Program-made: the position numbers and the translations under genes | Assembly (NCBI RefSeq): GCF_016432865.1 | Contig: NC_067400.1 | Location: 89,962,001-90,026,000 of the forward strand | Origin: Antechinus flavipes | Lineage: Eukaryota | Direction: 5' to 3' | Length of the DNA stretch: 64,000 nucleotides | Shown here: in pieces, positions 26,428 to 40,450 of the stretch | Layout: every line of letters starts with the position of its first letter | How positions within the stretch are numbered: the first letter of the stretch is position 1 | Notes under the pieces: generated by a model | Told to the model about the DNA's origin: nothing | The model's database searches: none | Seen by the model: only the letters and a program-made list of their open reading frames with translations

Positions 26428-26655
26428 TCCAATTCTTCCTGTGCAACAAGAGAACTGTTCGGTTCTGCACACATATATTGTATCTAGGATATACTATAAC
26501 ATATTTAACGTGTATAAGACTTCCTGACATCTGGGGAAGGGGGTGGAGGGAGGGAGGGGAAAAGTCAGAACAGAAGTGAGTGCAAGGGATAATGTTATAA
26601 AAAAATTACCCATCATATGTTGTGTCAATAAAAAGTTATAATTCTTTTTTTAAAA
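26428..26655 (+). mobile_element. 5'-truncated L1 3' end
   Basis: L1 3'UTR with TSD aaagtgattctt on both sides. Confidence 0.85.
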
Positions 26656-28564
26656 AAGTGATTCTTGGGACAATGAGAGGTAAAGTGCCTTGCCTAGAAT
26701 CATATAACCAATATGTGTCTAAAGTAGCATTTGAATCTAAGTCCTTCTGGATTCTATTCAGCTCTCTAACCATTGCACTGTGCTATCTTTAAGGATGACA
26801 AGACAAGGAATCTAGATGTTCCATGGTCTATGCTATTAGAGCCATTTTAATTTTGTAGGCTCTAACAAAACTTGAGCTCCTCTGGCAAAACCCTTTGAAA
26901 AACCAAGGATATCTCCATACCACCAATAGGAGATGGAATAAAATGGCCACCAAAACCATCTGCTCTGATATAGAATGGCCTAGTAGGGCAAATATAATCC
27001 TATATCTAAATGATTTCTTCAAAGTCATTTTTTGAAAGACAATCTTCTAAATGGGGATATTAGTAAACTAGAAAGCATCAAGAGGATGGGCAACAAGGAA
27101 GGACTTCACATTCATGCCAGTTGACTATTGTTTAAATTCCTGGTTTCCATTAACTTGTTTTAATATTTTGCTAATTATATTTTATTATAATTGGTTTCCT
27201 TTGAAATCCTATGCATTTCATTTTATGCATTTAAAAACATGATTCTGAGAATGGGTCCTAGGTTTTAGCAGACTATCAAAGGGATCTATAACACAATAAA
27301 AATTAATAAATCATGGGTTAAGGGAATTGTTTAACTGAAATAGAAAAGGATTGGAATATGGAGTTTGGAGAACTGCCATGAAATATCTGGCCTGGTGCAC
27401 AGAAGAGAGATTAGATTTATTCTATTTTACCCCAGAAAGAAAAACCCCAGAAAGTAAAAGGTAAAAGTTACAAAGAGGGAAAATCAGGCTTGATGTAAAA
27501 AATATCTTTCCTAACAATTAGAGCTATCCAAATATAAAATCCAGATACTTAGGCTCTCATTTACTAGTGGTCTTTAATTAAAGGTTAGATGGCCATTTAG
27601 AATCATAGACATAGAAATGGAAAGAACTTTAAAGACCATCAAATCCAGTTTTCCTTTTTAACAGATAGGAAAGTGAGACACAGAAATGTTTGCCCAGAGT
27701 CACACAAGTAGCAAGAAATCGAACCTGGATTTGAAATCAAGTCTTCCTAACTCCAAATCTGATGCTCTATCCCTGTGCCACCTGTCCAGTAGTGTGGGGA
27801 AATTTTATTTTTTCAAGTTTTAGTTGAACTAGCTAACCACTGAGTTGCTTTCCCAGTATGGGATTCTGTAATTCTAGTCGAAGAAAAAGCCTTCCCCCAT
27901 AGAAGGTGATTTACAATGAAGATTAAGGAAGAAACCGTTTATACCATTTAACAACTGATACATACAAGCAACCATATCTTCCCTTGGGATCTTTCAGTGA
28001 TCCTTAACTTTCACCACTGTCTGTTTTGCTATAACAATGCAGATTACTGACCTTCTTTTAAACAATAGTGACCAGACATCTACCTAGCTCAACTAGGACG
28101 CTTAAATTAGAACTCCATTAGAATGGATGTTTTACACTTTCCCATCTGCTTTAGAGATTCCTGCTGACAGCACATAAAGTTCAGGGAAAGGAAGATCATG
28201 TTTTATTATACCACTTAATAATGCCCTGAAAATATGCGCCCATCTGTTCAGAATGTGGAAGAAATGGAGTCTCTAAGAAACTAAACTGTAGTTAATCAGC
28301 CCAACCATCCCAAAAAAAAAAAAATGGTGTCTACTATGATTGAGAAATAAGAACAATAAAAATCAATCAACAAGCTTAAAATACATCTGACTTTGCTCCC
28401 CTTTTCTACTTTTTAAAGATACTTTTCCCTGTAATTAGTGTTGGCAAACAGAATATCAATGTGCTTGTAAAACAGAAGCTTAATTCCTCTTTATGAAATG
28501 TCTTATTGACATTTTTTTTAAAGCATCACTATGCTTTTCTATGAGTCCACCTATTTCTTTTCTA

Positions 28565-28712
28565 TTTCCAAGACAATTGGGGCTAAGTGACTTGTCCAGG
28601 TCCACACAGCTAATAAATGTTTTAAGTATTATGTGTCTGAGGTTGACTAGGAACTCAGATCCTCCAGACTCCAGGGCCAGAGCTTTATCCACTACACCAC
28701 TTAGCTGCCAAG
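28565..28712 (-). mobile_element. WSINE1-like SINE
   Basis: agacaattggggctaagtgacttgtcc...ttatccactacaccacttagctgcc. Confidence 0.8.
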
Positions 28713-29099
28713 TTTCCCATTTTATCCAAGACCTCCTCCAGTTGTCTTGATCTATTTCTGGCCACTGGACGCAGATGACTCTAGAGGGGAAAATGAGGCA
28801 GGTAATCTTGCACAGCCTCCCTCAAATCCAATTCACATGGCATCCCCTCCCTGATGTCATGGCCCTCTTTAAGAAATAAAGGATAAACAATTAGTCCATC
28901 AAGTGTCAAATATAAAAGATTAATTCCTGATGAAGTCTGGTGAGATCAGGACCCTCCTCCCAGAAGGAAGAATTGGGATTCAGGAACATGGATACAGCTA
29001 GAGTGGTTGAGCAGTCCCTGATGCTACCTGCTCATGATTGGTGTATTCAAAGTTGCTAATATCTGTTTACCCAAGATAGTAAATTTGTACAAGAATCCA

Positions 29100-30480
29100 T
29101 CCTTAAGTTGGAAACTGAGTGGATGCCCATTAATTGAGGAATGGTTGAATAACTTATGATATATAACTGGAATATTATTGTTCTGTAAGAAATGATGAGC
29201 AGGTGGGTTTTAGAAAAGCCTGGAAAGACTTGCATGATATTGAGTAAAGTGAGCAGAGCAAAATTATGGAATGATCAACTGTGATAGATTTAGCTCTTCT
29301 CAGCAATAGAGTGATCCAAGATAATTTCAATAGACTTGGGATGGAAAATACTGTTTGCATACAGAGAGAGAAGTATGGAGACTGAATGTGGATCAAAGCA
29401 TAGTATTTTCATTTTGTTTGATAGTTTGCTTTTTCTTTTTCATGGTTTTTCCCCTTTTGATCTGATTTCTCTTAAACAACATGACAAATATGGAAATATG
29501 TTTAAACTTATATTAGGTTGTTTGCTGTCTTGGGAAAAGGGAGGCAAGAGAAGGAGGGAGAAAAAAATTATAAGTCGAAAAATATCTTTACGTTAATTTG
29601 GAAAAAATAAAATACTATTAAGAAAAGAAAAAAGAAATCTATCTTACCCTATAGGAGAGGAAGGGTACACAAGAAATCAGGAAGGGGATATAGAAGGGAG
29701 GGCATATTGGGGAAAGAGGGTAGTCAGAAGCAAAACATTCGGAAGAGATGGTGAGAGGAGAGAGAGAATAGGATAAATGGGAGAGGGAATACAGTTGGCA
29801 ACAGTAATTATGAAAAGAATTTTAAAACAAATTGCTCTGATAAAGTCCTCATTTCTCAAACAGACAGGAAACTGAGCCAAATTTAAAAAAAATAAGAGCT
29901 ATTCTCCAATTGATTAATGATTAAGAAATGAATAGTTTTCAGGTGAAGGAATCAAGTTATTTATAGGCATATGAAAAAAATATTCTCAACTCATTATTGA
30001 TTGGAGAACTGCAAATTAAAACAATATTACCTCATACCTATTAGATTGGCTAATAGGCCAGAAAAGAAAAATGACAAATGTTAGAAGAAATGCAGGGAAA
30101 ATGAGACATCAATGCATTGCTGTTGGAAATGTGAACTGATTCAACCATTCTGTAGGGCTATTTGACCTAACAATACCACTACTAGACATGTATTCCAAAA
30201 GAGATTTTTTTTTTATAAAAGGAAAAGGACCTATATATATATTTATAGCAGCTCTTGTCTCAGGACAAAGAATTGGAGATTGAGAGGATGTCCATAAGTT
30301 GAGGAATGACCTAATAATTTTTTAAAAAATAATTACAATAAGATAAGTGAAGACAACTTTGAAAGACTTAAGAATTCTGATCAATGCAATGACTAATAAG
30401 AACTCCAGAAAGTTTATAATAAAACATACTTCCACTTCTAAGTAAAGAAGTAATAGACTTGAGGGGCAGAATAGTACATA
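29100..30480 (+). mobile_element. Old L1 3' segments (rearranged, degraded)
   Basis: L1 ORF2-end and 3'UTR motifs (ggaaactgagtggatgcccatt, gaactgcaaattaaaacaa, aaaggaaaaggacc). Boundaries approximate. Confidence 0.7.
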
Positions 30481-32700
30481 TATATTTAGATACATCCCTA
30501 TTTCACTATATATATATATATATATATATATTTATTATGAGGAAAGATTTTTATTGGGAGAGGCAGGGGGAGTTCTTTGGAGTATGGGTGAGTAGCGATA
30601 GTGATTTAAAAAATAAAAAAGAATATTAATGAAACATTTAAAAATATGCAGAAGATAACAGAAGGAAATCAAGATAGTAACATACTCAAGTGGGGTAGTA
30701 TTGATATTTTTTATTTAAATTTAAATTATACCTTTAAAAAAAGCTATACATGACAGCAATCCAGTTTCATATGCCATTCTCTTTTTCTTTGGATATGAAA
30801 ACATTCATCTTTGTTAAGTTTATAAAAAAGATAATGGCATGGCCCTGGGTGAGTCACTTAACCCCAATTGTTTAAAAACAAAACAAAAAAAAATAATAAA
30901 GATAATGAAAGATGAGAAAGATAGATGCCACAGAATTAAAGGGCAAGTATTATCCAAAGGTTCAAAAAATAGAAGGGAATAGTGTGTATAAACTGAAAAC
31001 CAGTGAGTTTGATTTTGACTCTGGTAAAATTCTAAAATGAACTATGTTAATGATTTTATTTTACTTTTAGCTAATTAACATGTATATACTTTCTCTTCTT
31101 CTCATCTCCCCATATTAGAAACAAGAAATACAAAAAATCTTGCAATATCTATGCAATATCTGACTGTACAGTCAAACAAAAAATATTTTCACAATCATCA
31201 GTGTCTAAAAATGTATGTATCATTCTGAAACCTGAGTTCTCTTCTGAGAAGTGGGTAGCATACTTCATCATTAGTCATCTGGATCATGGTTGGTCATTTG
31301 CAATGGTCAGAGTTCTCGAGTCTGTACTTCAGTTGATGCATAAAAGATTTTACTCTATCCTATTGTTTTAATTGTGTTAATCATTGTATTTCTTCTACAC
31401 AATATATTGTTAGATTCTATATTCTAATTCATTATGCTATCTACTTCCATTTAATGGGTGAATTTATAACATCCACACTTGAAATTATGATTACTAATTG
31501 TGTATTTCCCTCCATCTTGACTCTTGTCTTGTGACTGGATTCTGATGATTCTAAAGGAGAAAGTGAGACTGATGACTTTGTGCAGCTCTGCTTCATTTAA
31601 ATATAATTTATGGGCAAGCCAAGATATCACCCTTGTAATGTCATTGAGAGAGAGAGAACAAAGGACAAACAACAAGAAAATTCTCTGCATTCTATTTTCT
31701 TATTCTTTTATTTTTCTTTGTTGCCTGCCTCCTGTTTAAAAAGGAAAAGAGGACAGTTACAGAAGAGTGCACTTAGTACTTACTTAGTACTTACTTTCAA
31801 GCATTCCAGGTTTAGTGCAATTTGTTTCTGCTCCTTTGCCCCTTTTCCAGAGCCCAGTCACAGGTCTTTACCTTTCTTTTTCTTTCTTTCTTTCTTTTCT
31901 TCTTTCCTTCATTTAAACTAACCCCTCTTTAAGATTCACCTTCCTTAGCAGTTTTTTAAATTAAATTTTATTTTTCAGTTCCAAATTCTCTCTCTCACTT
32001 CCCCTTTAGAATTTGTTCTACTTAGAATTAATCCCTTCTTTATTCTACCCACCTTTTATTCTTTCCTTTCCTTTTCATCTTGTTTCCCTATTGAATGACA
32101 TTTATTTCTATACCCAACTGTGTTTGAATATTTCTCTTGGACTGAACTGGTCCAACTGGATGAGAGGAACGTTCCAGTGTTATTGTTTTATTCATGTCTT
32201 CCTTCTTGTTTTCTATTTGTTCATCCAAATTATAGGAGATAAGTTCTCCCACCCTTCTTTTACCTTTCTCCTCTTAGTATATATTTTTCCCCTTCTCTTT
32301 CTATTTTGCTTTTAAGATCATCAAAGAAGAACAGAACTATGTCCAGGTCTTCTGATGTCTTAGAGTTCCCTTCTACTCCTGATGATGATAGGTTATAAGG
32401 GGACACATTTATCAACAACATATTAGAATGTAAACAGTTTCTCCTTGTTTAGTCTTTTATGATTGTTTGCTCATGTTTACATTTCTCTTGGCTCTTATGA
32501 TTTCAAAGTTTCTACACAATTCTGTTCTTTTCAGTAGCAACTAAATGGAACAGTAGATAGAATGCTGGACGTGGAAGCAGGAGGACCTAAATTCAAATTC
32601 AGTTTTAGAAACTTACTATGTGAGCCTGAGTGGGTCATATAACCTCTGTCTGCCTCAGTTCTCTCACCTGTAAAATGGGTTGATAACAATAGTTAGAGTT

Positions 32701-33044
32701 AATTCAGTTTCAATTGATCAAGGATGGATAGAAGCAGCTACACCCAAAGAAAGAACACTGGGAAATGAATGTAAACTGTTTGCATTTTTGTTTTTCTTCC
32801 CGAGTTATTTTTACATTCTGAATCCAATTCTCCCCGTGCAACAAGAGAACTGTTTGGTTCTGCACACATATATTGTATCTAGGATATACTGCAACCTATT
32901 TAACATATATAGGACTGCTTGCCATCTGGGGGAGGGGGTGGAAGGAGGGAGGGGAAAAATCGGAATAGAAGTGAGTGCAAGGGATAATATTGTAAAAAAT
33001 TACCCTGGCATGGGTTCTGTCAATAAAAAGTTATTTTAAAAAAA
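32701..33044 (+). mobile_element. 5'-truncated young L1 3' end inserted in a MIR
   Basis: 16-bp TSD aacaatagttagagtt at 32685-32700 and 33045-33060. Confidence 0.9.
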
Positions 33045-33649
33045 AACAATAGTTAGAGTTCTGAGAATCATAGGAGGTAATATTTATATATGGCACATTA
33101 TAGGTGCTTAATAAATGATTCTTCCTTTTCATCAAAAATGCTTAGAAATCATCTATTTCATTAAAGGTCCTATTACATTATGTTCAGTTTTGCTTGGTAA
33201 ATTATTCTTAGTTGCCTCTATCTTTTGACTTGTAAAACATGGTCTTCATAACTCCCTGCTCTTGTACAGTTGTGGTTACAAAACATGCATGATCATACCT
33301 GAGTATAGCTTCTCAGTACCTAAATACTCATCATACTGAATACTTGCAATATTTTTTTTTTGACCCAGAAACTCTAGATTTTGGCTATAACTTTACTAGG
33401 ATTTTAATTTTGTGATTTTTTTCATCAGATAACCAATGGATTCTTCTGTTTTCACTTTGCCCTTTGGTCCTAAGAGCTCTAAGTAGTTTTCTTTTATTTC
33501 TTAAAATATGATATCTATAAAAGGTAGATATCATAGCTTTTTGGTCTTAGCTTTCAGGTAACCCAATGATTCTTCATTTCTCTTTGGGCTATTTTCCAGA
33601 TCAGTGTTGTTGTTGTTATTGTGAGAAACCTTAAATTTTCTTTTTGGTG

Positions 33650-33790
33650 GGGGAAGGCATTTGGAGTTAAATGACTTGCCCAGGCTCACACAACTTGTAA
33701 GTAGTGTTAGATGTCTAAGGCCAGAATTGATCTCAGATCCTCCTGACTTCAGGACCAGTGCTCCATCCATTGTACCACTTAACTGTCCTT
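33650..33790 (-). mobile_element. WSINE1-like SINE
   Basis: ggcatttggagttaaatgacttgcccagg...gctccatccattgtaccacttaactgtcc. Confidence 0.8.
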
Positions 33791-34299
33791 CTATTTTCTT
33801 TTAGTTTTTTTTTTTTATTGTTTCTTTTTTTCCCAGGAACTTTGTGACTTAGTTTTATATCTCTTACATCAACCTACTATTTCTATTTCCCATTCTTTTT
33901 CTTGCATTTCTTTTTTCTTCTTCTAATTTTTCCTCTATTTCTTTTCACTCATAAAAATATTTTTTAACTCTTCTAATAATTCTCGTTTCATGTCTCCCAG
34001 GAATTCTATAGGTTTTGCTTATAAACGTTTGAAGTCAGTCTCTTTATAGCAGGATTCTTTTTTGTTTTACTTTGTTTTTCATTCTTTCAGCCTTCTGCCT
34101 TTAGACTTTTTGTCAGGGTTAGGGTCTGTGTAACATGTTGGCTCAATAAAAAGAAACATGTCCCAACAATTGGTCATACTGGGGGATAAACAGGCTAAGC
34201 TTACTGTTCTGAGGGAAAAGAAAGGCAGAAGCCATCCCTAATATGGGACATATAGAATTCCCTTGCAACCAACTCTGTCCAAAAAAAATTAAGTTTATC

Positions 34300-35045
34300 C
34301 ATTTGTTGCTTTCCTTTGTATTTGAAGAGGGACAAAATTACATCATTGTGTCAGGGTCAAAGTACAGTTTGTCTGACTGTGCAATGCAAACTTAGAAGGC
34401 TCTATCACAGGTCAGAGACAGATGAGCTGAGACATTGCTAAATTTGTGCATCTCCCGTTTCCTTTGAGCTACTACAATTCTGCTTTGCTTGTAGAGCACA
34501 GTGCCTTCCCCGATAAGGGCACACTATGCTGGGCACTTCTGTGCCAGTGGCTTCCATGTCTCACAATCCATTCCAGAGCTCTTCCAAGACCTTGTTTCTT
34601 CTGACCTGCATGTGAGCACTCACCTTGTGTGGGAGTTCTTCATAAAATAGTCTTTTAGGCAAACATACTTTTGGCATTTTAACAACATGGCCAGCTTATC
34701 AGAGTTGTATACTCTGCATTAGAGCTTTAATGTTCAGCAGTTCAGCTTGGGAAACTCCCTGTCTGGTACCTTGTCTTGCCAGATGATCTTCACAAGTTTC
34801 CAAAGACAGTCGATTCTGTTTCCTGGTATGGCACTAGTATACTATCCAGATTTCATAGGCATACAACTCAATAGCTCTGTAGATTCTCAATTTGGTAGGC
34901 GGTCTAATACCACTTCTCTCCCACAGTTGCCTTCAGAGCCTCCTAAACACTGAATTAGCTCTAGCTATGTGTGCCTCAACCCACTCATCGATGTGTGTAT
35001 CCCCAGAAAGTATACTGCCGAGGTAAGTGAACTTACCACTTGCTG
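34300..35045 (-). mobile_element. Marsupial RTE-clade LINE 3' fragment
   Basis: Reverse-complement similarity to 18290-19090 (aagtatactgccgaggtaagtgaactt; gagctactacaattctgctttgc). Confidence 0.8.
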
Positions 35046-35313
35046 TAACTGATAATTCTACATCTGGATGGTGTGGTGCTGACTGGTGGAGAACCTACGT
35101 TTTCTTGGTATTAAGTGTCAAGCCAAAATTAGCCCAAACAACAGAGAATCAATCCATACTCTGTTGCATCTCACCTTCAGAAGCTGGCAATCTTGTCCAA
35201 AAAATAATAATTTTAAGTAAGATTTGGAATCTGAGAACTTAAGGTCAAATCCCAGATTTTCTACAAATAAACTGTTGCAATCTTTGTTAAGTTACCCTTA
35301 ATTTCCTCAACTA

Positions 35314-35485
35314 NNNNNNNNNNNNNNNNNNNNNNNNNNNNNNNNNNNNNNNNNNNNNNNNNNNNNNNNNNNNNNNNNNNNNNNNNNNNNNNNNNNNNNN
35401 NNNNNNNNNNNNNNNNNNNNNNNNNNNNNNNNNNNNNNNNNNNNNNNNNNNNNNNNNNNNNNNNNNNNNNNNNNNNNNNNNNNNN
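35314..35485. other. Assembly gap (N run)
   Basis: 172 Ns. Confidence 1.
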
Positions 35486-35510
35486 CTAGTTCTACCTCCT
35501 ATGTTCCTGT

Positions 35511-35796
35511 TTGCTGTATCTTCAAAGTAAATCTACATTTGTAAAAACTAATTGATGTTAAATGGCTAAATGGTATTAGGGTATTAATCATTGACTCAAC
35601 AGTAGGGAGAACAAAACAGAAGAAAGACTGAGCCAATGGCGGTGGAGATGAGACAACCTGCAAACCTCAGATTACCCCTTAGACCCTTGAAGAGCATTGA
35701 GTGTGAGCCAGATCATGCTCAATACATTTACCATGTCTTATCAGCATATTAATATTCCACAATTTGTTCAGCCATTTCCCAATAAAGGATACTAAC
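35511..35796 (+). repeat. Local direct duplication, copy A (copy B at 36542-36827)
   Basis: 286 bp, no indels, about 12 substitutions counted (~96%), offset 1031. Confidence 0.92.
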
Positions 35797-38685
35797 ATGT
35801 CTGCTATATTCTCTCAAATGGGTCATATAACTGAGTCAACCCTGCTGACCAATGGAAGTGACTTCTCGTTCCTTTTTGCTATATTGCTTCTTCCCCACTA
35901 CCTAGTGAGCCTTCTCTTGTAACAAAATAGTGAAGCAACCACATCTGAGAGCACATACAATATTTTGCACCCACAGTACCCTACCTTTTGATCCATTTCC
36001 TTCTCTCTTCTCTAAGACCAAACTTAGTTATTATTATTACACAGCTTTGACTTCATTGTATTATTCTTCCCATTTATATTACTTTAGATATTTTAGATAT
36101 ATTGTTTTCCTATTTCTCTTCTGGGTTTGTTCATTTAAATGTTGTCATTTGTTTCCTATTTTCTTCACATACATGTAATAGAATCTGGAAGATGCGCAGA
36201 GTCCTTCTGTTGGTATCTCTCCATTTGGAGAGAGTAGGGATCTGCTTCCAAGAAAGTCATGTTTTGGTGAGAAACATTAGAACATACATAGATTTTTAGG
36301 AACTAACTGGTTCTGGTCAGCTAAACACATGGTGAAGAGAATGCTCTTTGATTAACTGCACATGTTAAAAAAAAAAAGCATTAATTAATTACCTCTAGAT
36401 GTAAACTTTACTAGGATCAGTCATAGAGGAACTGAGCTAAGTTTGAGTCCACTCTCACCAGAACTAAGCTGGTATAGGCAAGAGTATTTCCCCCTGGGGA
36501 ACTGTGGGTTATAGGAGTGGGAATTATTTGTACTTTGGCTCTTGCTATATCTTCAAAGTAAATCTACATTTGTAAAAACTAATTGATGTTAAATGGCTAA
36601 ATGATGTTAGGGTATTAATCATTGACTCAACAGTAGGGAGAACATAACAAAAGAGAGACTGAGCCAATGGCAGTGGTGATGAGACAACCTGCAAACCTCA
36701 GATTACCCCTTAAACCCTTGAAGAGTATTGATTGTGAGCCAGATCATGCTCAATACATTTACCATGTCTTATCAGCATATTAATATTCCATAATTTGTTC
36801 AGCCATTTCCCAATAAAGGATACTAACTTTGTTCTCAGGGTTTTGTTAAGTGATATTATTAATATTTTAGCAAAAGTTCATTCTTTCTGGTTCTGTCCTA
36901 TTTAGTTTTTATCCAACAGTGAAATCCCTGAATTAAATATAAAGAGCTTAGTGATTTGCCTCACATAATTCCAAACCACTTTTTCAGAATGGCTAACCTA
37001 GTTTATAACTGCAACAATATATTGATTCATTTATCTTCTTGTGGCCTCCCCAACATTGACCATTTCCCTCTTTTGACACCTTTCCCTATCAGATGAGTGT
37101 AAGTCTTTTTGATTTTTCACTTCTCTTGTTATTGACTTTCATATATTATCAATTTTTTTAAATGGAAGATTCTATTTGACTTTTTCTAAGTTTCATTTCA
37201 CTTCATCTTTTTAGGAGAGAAGTATAGGTACATGAACAGTTAATAACATTCAAGTTCCTTGAAAATAGAAATGAATAGGATTATCTCCTAGGAAATTCAT
37301 TTGAATAGCACCAATGTTTGTGTGATATAAATGATAAGTGCCTATATATGTGCCTGATGTTAGATCATACATAAAGTACACATGTTAAATTTCTTTAATG
37401 ATGATGATCCTTTAGCTATCTTATAAGTTTCTCTAATAATTATTATATTTTTTCAATATTTCCAACACCTGAGAGTATCACATTTTAAAATTTAAGTCTT
37501 TATTCTATTGAATATTAGGACAATATTCTTATATAGGTTATGTGTTAAGTTATTAAGAAAAGTCCAGGATACTGATTTTATGTTATAACCTTTCTTTAAA
37601 AAAAAAAAAGTGGCTTGGCCTATGTCACATTCACATATTGGCTCCAGCTGTGTCAATAGTTTTAGCGCACACTAATTTTCAGAGAAGTCTGGCTGTACTG
37701 GAATTGCTGCCAGCTCCCAGCACCTGTACTTATCACTATGCAGACTGACAAGCAGATCAGCATTTTTGTTTATAGGTGAAAATGCCCAGGATATGAACAG
37801 TAATGTAAACTATGGTATATCATATGATTTCCTCCCTTCTTTCTGGCATCAATCCAATATGAAATTTAAACAAGTCCTTCCTTGGCATCCCTTAGAGTAT
37901 ATCTGGTTTGTCCCAATGAGAATCCAACCAACATTTTGCTCTCATCTTTACTAGTGATTTACTGCAAACAATATTGTATATCAATCAATCAAACTTGATT
38001 TACCATTACTTATATTGAAATAAGTAAAATTCAATTCACAACATTTCACAACTTTCAGTCATTTCCTTCAAATTTTCATTGCTATTTTTTTTTGTATTTT
38101 ATTATTTTATTGTATCACCAATTACTTTTCTTCTTATAATGGGGAATCCAAGGAGATTGTGTGTCACCACAAGTCATGACACAAACTACTACATCCCACT
38201 GTACTGCGGATTCCCTCTACACCAAATGTTCCCCAGTTCTGCACCCTTTGGATTCTAGACAGAGCTACCACATATGGCAAAATCTCTCTTAAATATAATG
38301 GTGTGTGTGTAGTGTGTATGCAAATATTGTGTGTATACACACATATATACACTTACTCATTTATATGATACAAACATTTATGTTACCCAAATGAATTTTG
38401 GAAGAGGAGAATCTGATTCTATTTCATTTTGATTTTTAAGGAATTGAATCTTATTAACTGCTCATAGACTGAGAAAAGATGAAGTGCTTACAGAAAGTCA
38501 AATAGAATTTTCCTCCTTAAAAAAGTCAAGTTTCCTAAAAGATTGCTCCAAATTATTAATAAGAGAAGTGAAAAATCAAATTTATGTATATATATACATA
38601 TATGTGTATATATATACACACAAAAAAAAATGTGTATACACATGCAAACCCAATATGTAATATTCCAAAAGTCTTAGTGCACTTT

Positions 38686-38828
38686 TTCTTCCCTGAGGCA
38701 ATTGGGGTTAAGTGACTTGCCCAGGGTCACACAGCTGGGAAGTGTTAAGTGTCTGAGGTCGCATTTGAACTCAGATCCTCCTGACTTCAGGGCTCGTGCT
38801 CTTATCCACTGCCGCCACCTCTCTGCCC
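38686..38828 (-). mobile_element. WSINE1-like SINE
   Basis: ctgaggcaattggggttaagtgacttgcccagggtcacacagctggg...ttatccactgccgccacctctctgccc. Confidence 0.85.
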
Positions 38829-39053
38829 TCTAAGTGCATTTTTAAGAGCTGTATATAATACAGAGATTTGTTACAAGTAGTTCCTACCAGCTCCCTAAAG
38901 CCAGTTGTTAAATTTCCAATAAAACAACTTTCATTGTGAATATTTACACCTCAGAATTCAGATTAAGTTTTAGATTTACATGGGGGAAATATCAATAATG
39001 CAGTTTCAACTTGAAGGTGAACTCTGGGCACATTCCTTTTCAGAGGGCCATTG

Positions 39054-39411
39054 TCAAATACTTGCCAGCGCATGTTTGTGTATGCACGTGAATGTCTGTT
39101 GCATGTGTTTGCATGCACGTGTGTATATGTTGTGTGGGTATGCCTGTGCATTTATGTATTTATTAGTCAGAGAAAGACATCAAGAGGACCTGTTTGAGAG
39201 CAGAACTATGATCTCCAAGAAGCCTAGAAGTGTCACTCATCAGCTTATTTGCATATGATTGCAAGCAAAATGTGCACGTAACAAGAGACAGTACCTTATG
39301 TAATACACACATAAATGCACATGCATATCCACATAACATATACACACGTGCATGCAAACACAGGCAGCAAACATGCGCGTACATACACAACATGTGCTGG
39401 CAAGTATTTGA
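39054..39411. repeat. Long imperfect inverted repeat (112/111-bp arms, 135-bp spacer)
   Basis: Arm 39054-39165 versus reverse complement of 39301-39411: 12 mismatches plus 1 indel (~88%). Confidence 0.92.
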
Positions 39412-40450
39412 AAGTGATCAATTTTAAAGTCACAAATCAAATCCCCGCTTGGGAATCACGGGCAGTCCTTCCAGACAGAAAAGTGGATTTATTTTATTTT
39501 TAAAATTTTAACCTCAATCTGAGGTGGGTGGCTGCTGGGAGGGACGTCTAGATTTGAACTCTCAGAACCAAGAGACAGCTGACCAAGCAAAAGTAAAAAG
39601 CAAAAGGCAGAGAAGGAGAGGATTTTTTTTTTTTTTTTTTTAAGATAATGAAAGGGAGGGAAAGCTGACAGGTGGGCTTTGTAGTTACACGAGGTCCTAG
39701 GTGATTGGAGGAGAATGCCGCGGTTGCAGCAAGCTGGTTGGAGGAAATCATGGAAGTGCTGCTTGGGCTCGTTGCCTTCTAGCACCATCTACAGCCTGAG
39801 AGTGGCGACACTTCTCCGAAGCAATTGTGTTGCATTGTACTACCTAAGAGATGAGCTGGCAACCATTTTGCTACTAGCTATAATCTACTTAATCTATCCT
39901 TTGCTTAAAAATATATATATATATATATATTTATATATTTATATATAAATATATATATATATAGTTTATTATTGCTTTGAAGGCTGTGATATTTATTTTC
40001 TGTTCTCTGCCATGCAAAACACCGGTTGAATGTTTGCATTGAAACTATGACCTTAGCTATTAATGAAAGCTCGGAGTCAATTAAAAAATGTTTCCAGCGT
40101 CCTGAAAGCAATCCAGCCCTCTCTCCTTTACAAACTCAGCAATTGGAAATCCACTGAGTTACGTGTTGCAATCTGGGCACCAGATATTTGTCATCCATTT
40201 GGTCTTTTCTCTGAATGAACCCGCACTGCAGATGAGTCATGACAGATTTCTTCCAGGAGGCCCTGCAATATTTTGGAGCTTGATGAAATTAACATAGTAT
40301 CTCCTGCAAAGGGGAGTAGCTGGAGCCCAGCTAGCTTCTTAAACAGTGAGTAGTAATTAAATGTGGGGGTCTCGAAAAACTTAGCAACTATGAAAGGTTT
40401 TGAATGCCCTACGTCTTGCACTAGCAAATATTACCACAAGATTTAATTCT

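Noticed and set aside
39715-39948. 77-aa ORF in the CpG-enriched block
   Set aside because: No recognisable homology, and it runs into a TA repeat; treated as non-coding.
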